In this document: positions 18,219-26,265 of the stretch, piece by piece
Position numbering within the stretch: the stretch's first letter is position 1
Layout: each line of letters begins with the position of its first letter
Assembly: GCF_000012905.2 (NCBI RefSeq)
Contig: NC_007493.2
Coordinates: 2,220,001-2,252,000 of the forward strand
Direction of reading: 5' to 3'
Length of the DNA: 32,000 nt
From: Cereibacter sphaeroides 2.4.1
GTDB taxonomy: Bacteria; Pseudomonadota; Alphaproteobacteria; Rhodobacterales; Rhodobacteraceae
Translations under genes and position numbers: made by a program
The notes under the pieces: generated by a model
Databases searched by the model: none
Told to the model about the DNA's origin: nothing
The model's input: only the letters and a program-made list of their open reading frames with translations

Positions 18219-18973
18219 GCGGCTTCGAGGGCTCCTATCTCGGCGCGAACGACCGGATCGGTCCGGCGGCTGTCATGGAATGCAAGATCTGCTGGACGCC
18301 CTACGATCCGGCAATGGGCGACGACTTCCGCCAGATCCTGCCCGGTACGCCCTTCACGGCCCTGCCCGAAGACTGGAGCTGCCCGCACTGCGGCGCGCCG
18401 AAAAACCAGTTCATGGTCCTGTCCGACCCCGAGGCCGACGCGGTTTCCGCCGCGGTGGCCGAGCGGGTGGCGCGGCTCGTGGCGGATTTCGAGGATGTCT
18501 GGCACAGCAAGATGCGCGACGTGCCGCTGGTGAACAAGGCGCTCCATGTCGAGGCGGTGGGCTTCCGGCTGCACGAGGGGCGCCCGCTGGGCGTTCTGGT
18601 GGCGCCGTGGTTCATGAACCTCGTGCTGCTGCCCGCCGAAGGGGAAGACTGGTCGGCCCTCGCGCCCGGCGAGAAGGAGATTATCGCCTTCCCGTCCGGA
18701 GATTACGAGTTCCTGCACAATGTCCGGCCGATGGGCGGCGGCTACAAGGCCTGCTCGCTCTTCTCGCCGATGAATGATTTTTCCAGCCAGCTTCAGGCGG
18801 TCGAAGTGGCGCGGGCCGTGATGGCCGCCCTGTTCGATCCGGAGAACCGGGCCGAGACCGACCGGGCGGCCGAGATCCGCGCCGCCCGCGAAGCCGATCT
18901 GGCGCCGCCCGCCGCCGATCCCGAACCCAGCCGCAGGGCGGTCATCACCGCCAGTCTCGGCCAGGCAGGATGA
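18215..18973 (+). CDS. hupJ: Rubredoxin-HupJ fusion protein (HupI-like rubredoxin domain plus HupJ/HoxT-like domain)
   Basis: 252 aa, internal to track ORF 17909-18973. The N-terminal rubredoxin has two CxxC knuckles (MECKICWTPYDP...WSCPHCGAPKNQF). A HupJ-like domain follows (HVEAVGFRLHEGRPLGVLVAPWFMNLVLLP). ATGA overlaps at both ends. Confidence 0.85.
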   Translation: MSGFEGSYLGANDRIGPAAVMECKICWTPYDPAMGDDFRQILPGTPFTALPEDWSCPHCGAPKNQFMVLSDPEADAVSAAVAERVARLVADFEDVWHSKMRDVPLVNKALHVEAVGFRLHEGRPLGVLVAPWFMNLVLLPAEGEDWSALAPGEKEIIAFPSGDYEFLHNVRPMGGGYKACSLFSPMNDFSSQLQAVEVARAVMAALFDPENRAETDRAAEIRAAREADLAPPAADPEPSRRAVITASLGQAG

Positions 18974-19782
18974 GCGGGGCTCTGACCCTCCGGCTCGGGC
19001 CCGAGGGTCCGCGCCTCCTGCGGGGGCCGGATCTGCCGGTGGCGGCCCTGATGATCGGCCGATCCCCGCAGGCTGCGGCCGACCTTCTGCCGCGTCTCTT
19101 CAACCTCTGCCCCATGGCGCAGGCCACGGCCGTCCGGCTGGCACTCGACCTGCCACTGCCGGATCCCGCGGAACTTGCCGCCGAGATCGCGCGCGAGCAT
19201 CGGCAGAAGCTGACCCTCCTCTGGCCCCGCCTGCTGGACCTGCCCGCCGCGGATCCCGGACCGCTGCCCGCCCCTGCAGACCTGACCGGGTGGGTCGCGC
19301 GGCAGCCGCTCTTCTCCGCTCTCGCCCGGCTGTTTCCGCCCGGCACTGCGGTGGCCGGTCTGCCCGTCGCGACGCCGGAAACCATGTTCGCGCCCGTCCC
19401 TTGCGACAATTCCCCTGCCGCGCGCCGGCAGGATCACCCGACCCTTGCGGCCGCGGCGCGCCTCTGGGGACGCGGGCCGCTCTGGCGCGCGCTCGGCCGT
19501 CTGGCCGATCTGGCGCCTCCTCCTCCGCCCGTCAGGCTTGCCTGCGGCGCGGCCGTCGTGCCGGCCGCCCGCGGCAGCTATGCCGTGCGCGCCCGCATCG
19601 AGGGCGGCCGAGTGACCGCATTCGCGCGCATGACGCCCACCGACCATCTGATCGCCCCGGGCGGCATCCTCGAGCGCAGCGTTGCCACCCTGCCCGCCGA
19701 CAGCGGCCGTCTGGTGCCAGTGCTGCTCGCGCTCCTCGACCCTTGCGTGCCCGTCACCGTCGAGGAGGCCACCCATGCATGA
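18970..19782 (+). CDS. hupK: HupK (HoxV-like) large-subunit-like scaffold protein
   Basis: 270 aa. It has degenerate large-subunit motifs, each keeping a single Cys: [10 protein letters not shown] (versus RxCGxC) and [10 protein letters not shown] (versus DPCxxC). The position between hupJ and hypA is conserved. Confidence 0.8.
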   Translation: MSGALTLRLGPEGPRLLRGPDLPVAALMIGRSPQAAADLLPRLFNLCPMAQATAVRLALDLPLPDPAELAAEIAREHRQKLTLLWPRLLDLPAADPGPLPAPADLTGWVARQPLFSALARLFPPGTAVAGLPVATPETMFAPVPCDNSPAARRQDHPTLAAAARLWGRGPLWRALGRLADLAPPPPPVRLACGAAVVPAARGSYAVRARIEGGRVTAFARMTPTDHLIAPGGILERSVATLPADSGRLVPVLLALLDPCVPVTVEEATHA

Positions 19783-20116
19783 GATGTCGCTCTGCGAAGG
19801 GATCCGGGGCATCGTCGGGGATCAGGCGCGCCGCCACGGCTTTGCGACGGTAAAGGTGCTGCGGCTTGAGATCGGCCGCTTTGCCGGCGTCGAAAAGGCG
19901 GCCCTCGGCTTCGCCTTCGACGTAGTGATGCGGGGCAGCGCCGCCGAGGGGGCACGGCTCGAGATCCTCGACCTGCCGGGCCGGGCGCTCTGCTATGACT
20001 GCGGCGAGGAAGCCGCTATCGAGGACAGGTTCGACCCCTGCCCGCTCTGCGGCGGCGGCCGTCTGATGCCGGTGGGGGGCGACGAGATGCGGATCAAGGA
20101 CATGGAGGTTCAGTGA
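19775..20116 (+). CDS. hypA: Nickel insertion metallochaperone HypA
   Basis: 113 aa starting MHEMSLCEG (the canonical HypA Ni-binding N-terminus). It has a zinc site CYDCG...CPLCGG. It overlaps the hupK 3' end by 8 nt. Confidence 0.93.
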   Translation: MHEMSLCEGIRGIVGDQARRHGFATVKVLRLEIGRFAGVEKAALGFAFDVVMRGSAAEGARLEILDLPGRALCYDCGEEAAIEDRFDPCPLCGGGRLMPVGGDEMRIKDMEVQ

Positions 20117-20985
20117 TGTGCACGGTGTGCGGCTGCGGCGGCAATGTGACCTTCGAGGCGGGGCATCGCCATGCCCATGGCGCGGACGGGCATTCTCATC
20201 ATGCGAGCTTTCCCCACGGCCATGCCGGGCATCATTCGCACGGGACTCCGGGCACGGGCCACGCGCATCACCATGGCCTCGGGCCTGCCGGGGTGAGCGT
20301 GCCGGGGATGAGCCAGGAGCGGCTGATCGAGGTCGAGACCGACATCCTCGCCAAGAACAACATCTATGCCATGGCGAACCGGCACCGCCTGCGCGAGTTG
20401 GGTGTCCATGCCGTCAACCTCGTCTCCTCGCCCGGCTCGGGGAAGACGACGCTACTGTGCAAAACCATTTCACTTCTTGCGGGCGCGCCGCTCGCCGTGA
20501 TCGAGGGCGACCAGCAGACCTCGAACGATGCCGACCGGATCCGGGCCACGGGCGCCCCGGCGGTGCAGATCAATACGGGCAAGGGCTGCCATCTCGATGC
20601 CCATATGGTCGGGCATGCGATGGAGGACCTTCCACTCGGGGCGGGCGCCCATCTCTTCATCGAGAACGTGGGCAACCTTGTCTGTCCCGCCGCCTTCGAT
20701 CTGGGCGAGGATGCCAAGGTGGCGATCCTCTCGGTGACAGAGGGCGAGGACAAGCCGCTGAAATACCCAGACATGTTCACCGCTGCACGGCTTGCGATCC
20801 TCAACAAGGTCGATCTTGCACCCCATTGCGACGTCGATCTCGACCTCTACGAGGCGAACCTGCGCCGGGTGAACCCGCTGATCGAGGTGCTGCGCGTCTC
20901 GGCCCGCACCGGCGAGGGGATGGAGGGCTGGGTGAAATGGCTTTCCGCCCGCCGCACGGCCAAGATGCTCGGGGCGCGCGGCTGA
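20116..20985 (+). CDS. hypB: Nickel-binding GTPase HypB with a His-rich N-terminal domain
   Basis: MCTVCGCGG is the N-terminal high-affinity metal motif. There are 15 His in residues 17-53. It has a P-loop ([11 protein letters not shown]), the [10 protein letters not shown] switch, and NKVDL. The track ORF begins at GTG 20113. I prefer ATG 20116, which overlaps the hypA stop by 1 nt. Confidence 0.95.
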   Translation: MCTVCGCGGNVTFEAGHRHAHGADGHSHHASFPHGHAGHHSHGTPGTGHAHHHGLGPAGVSVPGMSQERLIEVETDILAKNNIYAMANRHRLRELGVHAVNLVSSPGSGKTTLLCKTISLLAGAPLAVIEGDQQTSNDADRIRATGAPAVQINTGKGCHLDAHMVGHAMEDLPLGAGAHLFIENVGNLVCPAAFDLGEDAKVAILSVTEGEDKPLKYPDMFTAARLAILNKVDLAPHCDVDLDLYEANLRRVNPLIEVLRVSARTGEGMEGWVKWLSARRTAKMLGARG

Positions 20986-22460
20986 TGTCGCGGCCGCTGG
21001 TCCTCCTCGTCGACGACGAGCCGCATGCGCTGGCTGCGATGCGGATGGCGCTCGAGGACGAGTTCGACATCGCCACCGCCGCCTCGGGCGAGGAGGCGCT
21101 GCGGATCCTCGAGGATCAGTGGGTGCAGGTCATCATCTCGGATCAGAGGATGCCCGGCATGACGGGCGTCCAGTTCCTCACGCAGGCGCGCGAGCGCTGG
21201 CCCGAGACGGTGAGGATCATCCTCACCGGCTACACCGACGCCTCCGCGATGGTCGCCGCGATCAACGAGGCGGGCATCCACCAGTTTCTGACCAAGCCCT
21301 GGATTCCCGACCAGCTTGCCATGGCCGCGCGCAATGCCACCCGCCTCTTCCATCTCGCGCGCGAGAACGAGCGGCTGGCGCTGGAAATGCGCTTTCTCAA
21401 TTCGACCGTCGAGACGCGGCTCGAGAAGCGGCGGCGGGCGCTGCGCGAGGGCATGGGGTTCGAGAGCATCCTGCGCGCGCCCTCCTCGCCCATGAATGCG
21501 GTGGTGCAGGCCGCGCGCCAGTTCGCGAGCTTCGATCTGCCGGTGCTGCTGACGGGCGAGCCCGGCACGGGCAAGGCGCAGCTCGCGCGCGCGATGCATT
21601 ACGGCTCGCTCCGCTCCGACCGGCCGTTTCACGAGTTCAACCTGCAGGGCGTGCCCGAGGAGCTGGCCGCGATCGAGCTCTTCGGGGCGAAGCGCGGGGT
21701 GGCTGCGGGCAATGCGAGCCGCGTGGGCCTCGTGCAGAAGGCCGACCGCGGAACGCTCCATCTGGGCGCCATCGACACGGCCTCGCCCGCGCTTCAGATG
21801 GCGCTGATGCGGATGCTGGGCACGGGCAGCTTCAGCCCGGTGGGCGGGCAGGAGACGCTGACCACGAACCTCCGGCTCATCGCCTCGTCGCACCGCGACC
21901 TCCGCAGGCTGGTGGCCGAGGGGCAGTTCCGGGCCGACCTCTATTATGCGCTCTCGGCGGGCGAGATCGCGGTGCCGCCGCTGCGCGCCCGGCGCGGGGA
22001 TGTGGCTCTGCTGGCGCAGGTGATGCTCGCCGATCTCGCAGCGACCCACGGCAAGCCCATCCACGAGATCGAGCCCGCCGCCCTCGAATTCCTCGAGAAT
22101 TACGACTGGCCGGGCAATCTGCGCGAGCTTTCGAACGAGATCACGCGGATGCTGGTCTTCACGCAGGGCAAGGTGCTGACCGCCGACCTGATCTCGCGCC
22201 CGATCCTGCAGGCCACTCCCTCCGAGAGCGGCGCGGACCGCTCGGCCGAAGCGGTGCTGACCGCCGACGGCACGCTCAAGGACCGGGTCGAGCTGATCGA
22301 GATGCGCATCCTGCGCGAGACGCTGACCCGGCACCGCTGGAACAAGAGCCGCGCCGCGGCCGAGCTGGGGCTGAGCCGCGTGGGGCTGCGCGCCAAGCTC
22401 GACCGCTACGGGATCGCCGATCCCGCCGGGCGGCTGGCCGCCGAAGAGGAGGAAGACTGA
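20985..22460 (+). CDS. hupR: NtrC-family response regulator, transcriptional activator of hupSL
   Basis: 491 aa, internal to track ORF 20118-22460. It has a REC domain ([10 protein letters not shown]...[13 protein letters not shown]...TKPW), a central AAA+ domain with Walker A (GEPGTGK), and a C-terminal Fis-type HTH ([21 protein letters not shown]). It is embedded between hypB and hypC, as in Rhodobacter. Confidence 0.9.
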   Translation: MSRPLVLLVDDEPHALAAMRMALEDEFDIATAASGEEALRILEDQWVQVIISDQRMPGMTGVQFLTQARERWPETVRIILTGYTDASAMVAAINEAGIHQFLTKPWIPDQLAMAARNATRLFHLARENERLALEMRFLNSTVETRLEKRRRALREGMGFESILRAPSSPMNAVVQAARQFASFDLPVLLTGEPGTGKAQLARAMHYGSLRSDRPFHEFNLQGVPEELAAIELFGAKRGVAAGNASRVGLVQKADRGTLHLGAIDTASPALQMALMRMLGTGSFSPVGGQETLTTNLRLIASSHRDLRRLVAEGQFRADLYYALSAGEIAVPPLRARRGDVALLAQVMLADLAATHGKPIHEIEPAALEFLENYDWPGNLRELSNEITRMLVFTQGKVLTADLISRPILQATPSESGADRSAEAVLTADGTLKDRVELIEMRILRETLTRHRWNKSRAAAELGLSRVGLRAKLDRYGIADPAGRLAAEEEED

Positions 22461-22461
22461 C

Positions 22462-22752
22462 ATGTGCCTCGGCATTCCCGGCCGCATCGCGGCCATCACC
22501 GATCCGGCGCGCCTGATGGCGCTGGCCGAGGTCTCCGGCGTGCGGCGCGAAGTGAACCTCGCCTGCGTCGCCTACGGCCCGCTCGAGGCGCTGGTGGGCC
22601 GCTGGGCGCTGATCCATGTGGGCTTCGCCATGAGCCTCATCGACGAGGAGGAGGCGGCGCGCACGCTCGAGGCGCTGCGCGAGCTGGGCGAGGCGCAGGA
22701 GGCGCTGGAAGCGATGGCGGCCGGCGACCGGGCACTGGAGGGGCAGGCATGA
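22462..22752 (+). CDS. hypC: Hydrogenase maturation chaperone HypC
   Basis: 96 aa starting MCLGIPGRI (canonical HypC N-terminus). RBS GAGGAGGA is upstream. Its stop overlaps the hypD start (ATGA). Confidence 0.92.
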   Translation: MCLGIPGRIAAITDPARLMALAEVSGVRREVNLACVAYGPLEALVGRWALIHVGFAMSLIDEEEAARTLEALRELGEAQEALEAMAAGDRALEGQA

Positions 22753-23888
22753 AATTCGCGTCCGAGTTCCGCGATCCCGCCCTCGCGCGGAGCCTTCTGG
22801 CGGCCATCGCCGCGCGCGCCGACGAGATCGGCGCCACCCGCGCCCGCCCGCTGCACATCATGGAGATCTGCGGCGGCCACACCCACGCGATCTTCCGCTA
22901 CGGGCTCGACCGGCTGGTGCATGAGGGGATCGAATTCATCCACGGCCCCGGCTGCCCGGTCTGCGTCCTGCCGATGGGCCGGGTCGACGAATGCATCGCC
23001 ATCGCCGAGCGGCCCGAGGTGATCTTCACCACCTTCGGCGATGCGATGCGCGTGCCGGGGGCGCGCGGCTCGCTCTTGCAGGCCAAGGCACGCGGCGCGG
23101 ACATCCGCATGGTCTATTCGCCGCTCGACGCGCTCGAGATCGCGCGGCGCAATCCTGCGCGCGAGGTGGTCTTCTTCGGCCTCGGCTTCGAGACGACGAC
23201 GCCCTCGACCGCCCTCTCGATCCAGCAGGCGGCGCGGGAGGAGCTCTTCAACTTCAGCGTCTTCTGCAACCACATCACCGTGCCCGAGCCGATCCGGGCG
23301 TTGCTCGACGATCCCGACATGCGGCTCGACGGCTTCATCGGGCCCGGCCATGTCTCGATGGTGATCGGCATCCATGCCTACGATTTCGTGGCCCGCGACT
23401 ATTCCAAGCCCCTCGTCGTGGCGGGCTTCGAGCCCACGGACCTCCTGCAATCGGTGCTGATGGTGCTGGACCAGATCGCCGAGGGCCGCTCGGTGATCGA
23501 GAACCAGTATGCCCGCGTGGTGCCCGAGCACGGCAATCCGGTCAGCCTCGCCGCCATCGCCGACGTCTACGAGCGGCGGCCGAGCTTCGAATGGCGGGGC
23601 CTCGGCGAGATCGACGCCTCGGGCCTGCGTATCCGCGAGACCTATGCAGCCTTCGATGCCGAACGGAAGTTCGGGATCGGCTACGGCACTCCGGCCGCGC
23701 CCCGGCAGGAGCCCGAGGGATGTGCCTGCGGCGCGGTGATGACCGGCCGGATCAAGCCCCCCGCCTGCCCGCAGTTCGGCCGCGGCTGCACGCCCGAGAT
23801 GCCGCTCGGCGCGCTGATGGTGAGTTCGGAAGGCGCCTGCGCGGCCTACTGGCAATATGCCGGCGCGCGCGGGCTGGCCGCGGAATAG
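22749..23888 (+). CDS. hypD: Fe(CN)2CO scaffold protein HypD
   Basis: 379 aa, internal to track ORF 22464-23888. Motifs seen are EICGGHTH, GPGCPVCV, GLGFETTTPS, FIGPGHVS, and the C-terminal Cys cluster (CACG...CPQFGRGCTPE...GACAAY). Confidence 0.95.
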   Translation: MKFASEFRDPALARSLLAAIAARADEIGATRARPLHIMEICGGHTHAIFRYGLDRLVHEGIEFIHGPGCPVCVLPMGRVDECIAIAERPEVIFTTFGDAMRVPGARGSLLQAKARGADIRMVYSPLDALEIARRNPAREVVFFGLGFETTTPSTALSIQQAAREELFNFSVFCNHITVPEPIRALLDDPDMRLDGFIGPGHVSMVIGIHAYDFVARDYSKPLVVAGFEPTDLLQSVLMVLDQIAEGRSVIENQYARVVPEHGNPVSLAAIADVYERRPSFEWRGLGEIDASGLRIRETYAAFDAERKFGIGYGTPAAPRQEPEGCACGAVMTGRIKPPACPQFGRGCTPEMPLGALMVSSEGACAAYWQYAGARGLAAE

Positions 23889-23938
23889 ACCCCGGATCGT
23901 CAGGAAAGGCCCGGCACGGGCAGAACGGAAGGAACAGG

Positions 23939-24961
23939 ATGGCGCTCAGGGACAGCCATGTGACGCTCGCCCACGGCGGCGGCGGGAAAGCCATGCGCGA
24001 TCTGATCGAGGAGGTGTTCACGAGCCTCTTCCAGCCGCCGGGGATGGAGGATCAGGCGCGGCTGACCTCGGCGGCGCTGGCCGCGCCGGGCGCGCGGCTC
24101 GCGCTCACCACCGACAGTTTCGTCGTGACCCCGCTCGAATTCCCCGGCGGCGACATCGGCAAGCTCGCCATCTGCGGCACGGTCAACGATCTCGCGGTGG
24201 GCGGCGCAGAGCCGCTCTGGCTCTCGGCCGCCTTCATCATCGAGGAGGGCACCGAGATCGCGCTGCTGCGCCGGATCGCGGCCACCATGGCGGACGAGGC
24301 CCGGGCGGCCGGCGTGCGGATCGTGACGGGCGACACGAAGGTGGTGGAACGCGGCGCGGCCGATGGGCTCTTCATCACCACCACCGGCGTGGGCGTGATC
24401 CCGCCCGGGCGCGAGCTGTCGGCCGCGGCGATCCGGCCGGGCGACCGGCTGCTCGTGAACGGGGGCCTCGGCGATCACGGCGCCACCATCCTCGCCGCGC
24501 GCGGGGATCTGGCGCTCTCGACCGATCTGCAGTCGGACTGCGCCGCCCTCGGGCATCTGATGGCGGCCGTGCTCAAGGCCGCGCCCGGTGCCCGGGCCGC
24601 ACGGGATGCGACCCGCGGCGGGGTCGCGGCGGTGCTGAACGAGATGGCCGAGGCCTCGGGCGTGGGGCTCGTCATCGAGGAGGAGGCGCTGCCGCTGCGG
24701 GCCGAGGTCGTGGGTCTTTGCGAGATCCTCGGCCTCGATCCGCTTTATCTCGCCAACGAGGGGCGGCTCGTGGTTGTGGTGCCGGAGGCGGAGGCCGAGG
24801 CGGCCCTCGGGGCCATGCGAGCCTGCCCCGAGGGCGCGGGCGCGGTGGCCATCGGCCGCGCGGTCGCGGACCATCCGGGGCAGGTGCGCATGACCACCCG
24901 CTTCGGCGGCAGCCGGATCGTCGACATGCTGGTGGGCGAGCAACTGCCCCGCATTTGCTGA
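23939..24961 (+). CDS. hypE: Carbamoyl dehydratase HypE (thiocyanate-forming)
   Basis: 340 aa, internal to track ORF 22991-24961. It has an AIR-synthase-like fold signature (LAHGGGGKAM, GTVNDLAVGGAEP, TGDTKVV, ATRGGVAAVLNEMA) and the invariant C-terminal PRIC. Confidence 0.95.
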   Translation: MALRDSHVTLAHGGGGKAMRDLIEEVFTSLFQPPGMEDQARLTSAALAAPGARLALTTDSFVVTPLEFPGGDIGKLAICGTVNDLAVGGAEPLWLSAAFIIEEGTEIALLRRIAATMADEARAAGVRIVTGDTKVVERGAADGLFITTTGVGVIPPGRELSAAAIRPGDRLLVNGGLGDHGATILAARGDLALSTDLQSDCAALGHLMAAVLKAAPGARAARDATRGGVAAVLNEMAEASGVGLVIEEEALPLRAEVVGLCEILGLDPLYLANEGRLVVVVPEAEAEAALGAMRACPEGAGAVAIGRAVADHPGQVRMTTRFGGSRIVDMLVGEQLPRIC

Positions 24962-25028
24962 GCCCGCGGCTTGACCGGCCGCCTCCGGCCTGTCACATCA
25001 GCCTTGCTGCATATGTGCGGAGATCGCG

Positions 25029-25424
25029 ATGAAACGTCTGCTGATGCTTCTGGCGGCCGCCCTGCCGATGGCGTCCGGCGCCCGGGCGGGCGATCCGGTC
25101 TCGGCCGCGCCCTCGGCGCCGGAGCTCCTCTCGGGTGAGGCGCTGGTCGTCGACATCCGCGAGCCTGCGGAATGGCGCGAGACGGGCGTGCTGCCGACGG
25201 CTGTCCTTTTCACCTATCGGGATGCCGCGGGATTTCTCGCCCGCATCGAGCCGCAGCTGAAGCCCGGCCAGCCGATCGCGCTCCTCTGCCGCTCCGGCCG
25301 GCGGTCGGCCGCCGCAGCCGCGGCCATCGCGGCCCGGACCGATCATCCGGTGATCGACGTGGCGGGCGGGCTGGGGCGCCTTGTCCGCGAAGGCTACCAG
25401 CCCTCCCCCTGCCCCGCCTGCTGA
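25029..25424 (+). CDS. Exported single-domain rhodanese-like sulfurtransferase
   Basis: 131 aa with a signal peptide (MKRLLMLLAAALPMASGARA). It has a rhodanese fold signature (ALVVDIREPAEWRETGV) and the active-site loop CRSGRRS. GGAG lies 7 nt upstream of the ATG. Confidence 0.75.
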   Translation: MKRLLMLLAAALPMASGARAGDPVSAAPSAPELLSGEALVVDIREPAEWRETGVLPTAVLFTYRDAAGFLARIEPQLKPGQPIALLCRSGRRSAAAAAAIAARTDHPVIDVAGGLGRLVREGYQPSPCPAC

Positions 25425-25476
25425 CACGGCCGTCAGGGCGGACCCGCCCGGGCCGCCTCATCCCCGGAGGCCCGCC

Positions 25477-26052
25477 ATGGATCAGGACCTGTCCCGCCCC
25501 CCCCTCTCGGTGCTCGTCGCCGACGACCAGCCGCTCGTGCGCGAGCTGATCCTGGGCCTTCTTGCGCGCGAGCCGGATCTGGCGCCGGAGGGGGTGGAGG
25601 ACCTGCCCGAGGCGCTGGCGCGGATCGCCGCGCACGGGCCCTTCGATGTCGTCCTGCTCGATCTCGTCATGCCGGGGATGAACGGGCTCGAGGGGCTCGC
25701 GCGGGCGATGGCGGCGAACGGCGGCCGGCCGGTCCTGCTCATGTCCGGCAACCTGCCCGAGGAGATGCTCGCAGAGGCGCAGCGTCTGGGCGTGGCGGGG
25801 GTGCTGCCGAAGACCCGGTTCGCCGCCATTGCCGCGACCGTCCGCGAAGCGGGCCGAAGGAACCGGCCCGCCCTCCCCGAGGCCGAGCGGCAGCTTCTGC
25901 AGATGCTGGTCGCGGGCGAGGCCACCGAAGAGCTTGCGGCCCGCTTCGGGAGAGAGGCCTTCGAGACGGCCCTCGCGGCGCTGTTCGCGCGTCTGGAGGT
26001 CTCCACCCGGACGCAGGCAGTGCTGGCCGCCCGGCGCCGGGGTCTCGTCTGA
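25477..26052 (+). CDS. Two-component response regulator, NarL/LuxR family
   Basis: 191 aa from ATG 25477 (GGAGG 6 nt upstream); the track ORF is extended to 25381. It has a REC domain (VLVADDQPLVRE...DVVLLDLVMPGMNG...LLMSG...PK). A GerE-type HTH follows (LPEAERQLLQMLVAGEATEELAARFG...LEVSTRTQAVLAARRRGL). Confidence 0.85.
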   Translation: MDQDLSRPPLSVLVADDQPLVRELILGLLAREPDLAPEGVEDLPEALARIAAHGPFDVVLLDLVMPGMNGLEGLARAMAANGGRPVLLMSGNLPEEMLAEAQRLGVAGVLPKTRFAAIAATVREAGRRNRPALPEAERQLLQMLVAGEATEELAARFGREAFETALAALFARLEVSTRTQAVLAARRRGLV

Positions 26053-26265
26053 GACCTCCAGCCGGCTGGACAGGCTTGCGAAAGAACGGGCGCGGATCCG
26101 AAAGGCCGGGCTTCGCCGCTGGCCTGTCAGGGTTAAGGTTTCGGGAAAGGATCCGGGGCAGGATGCTGGGGTGACTCGCGCCTGCGGTGCGGGTCGTCCC
26201 CGGGAAGGAGACCTGCAGGTGACGAGTGCCGTTCCGACCCGACCCGGCCCCCGACGGGTGCGGCG

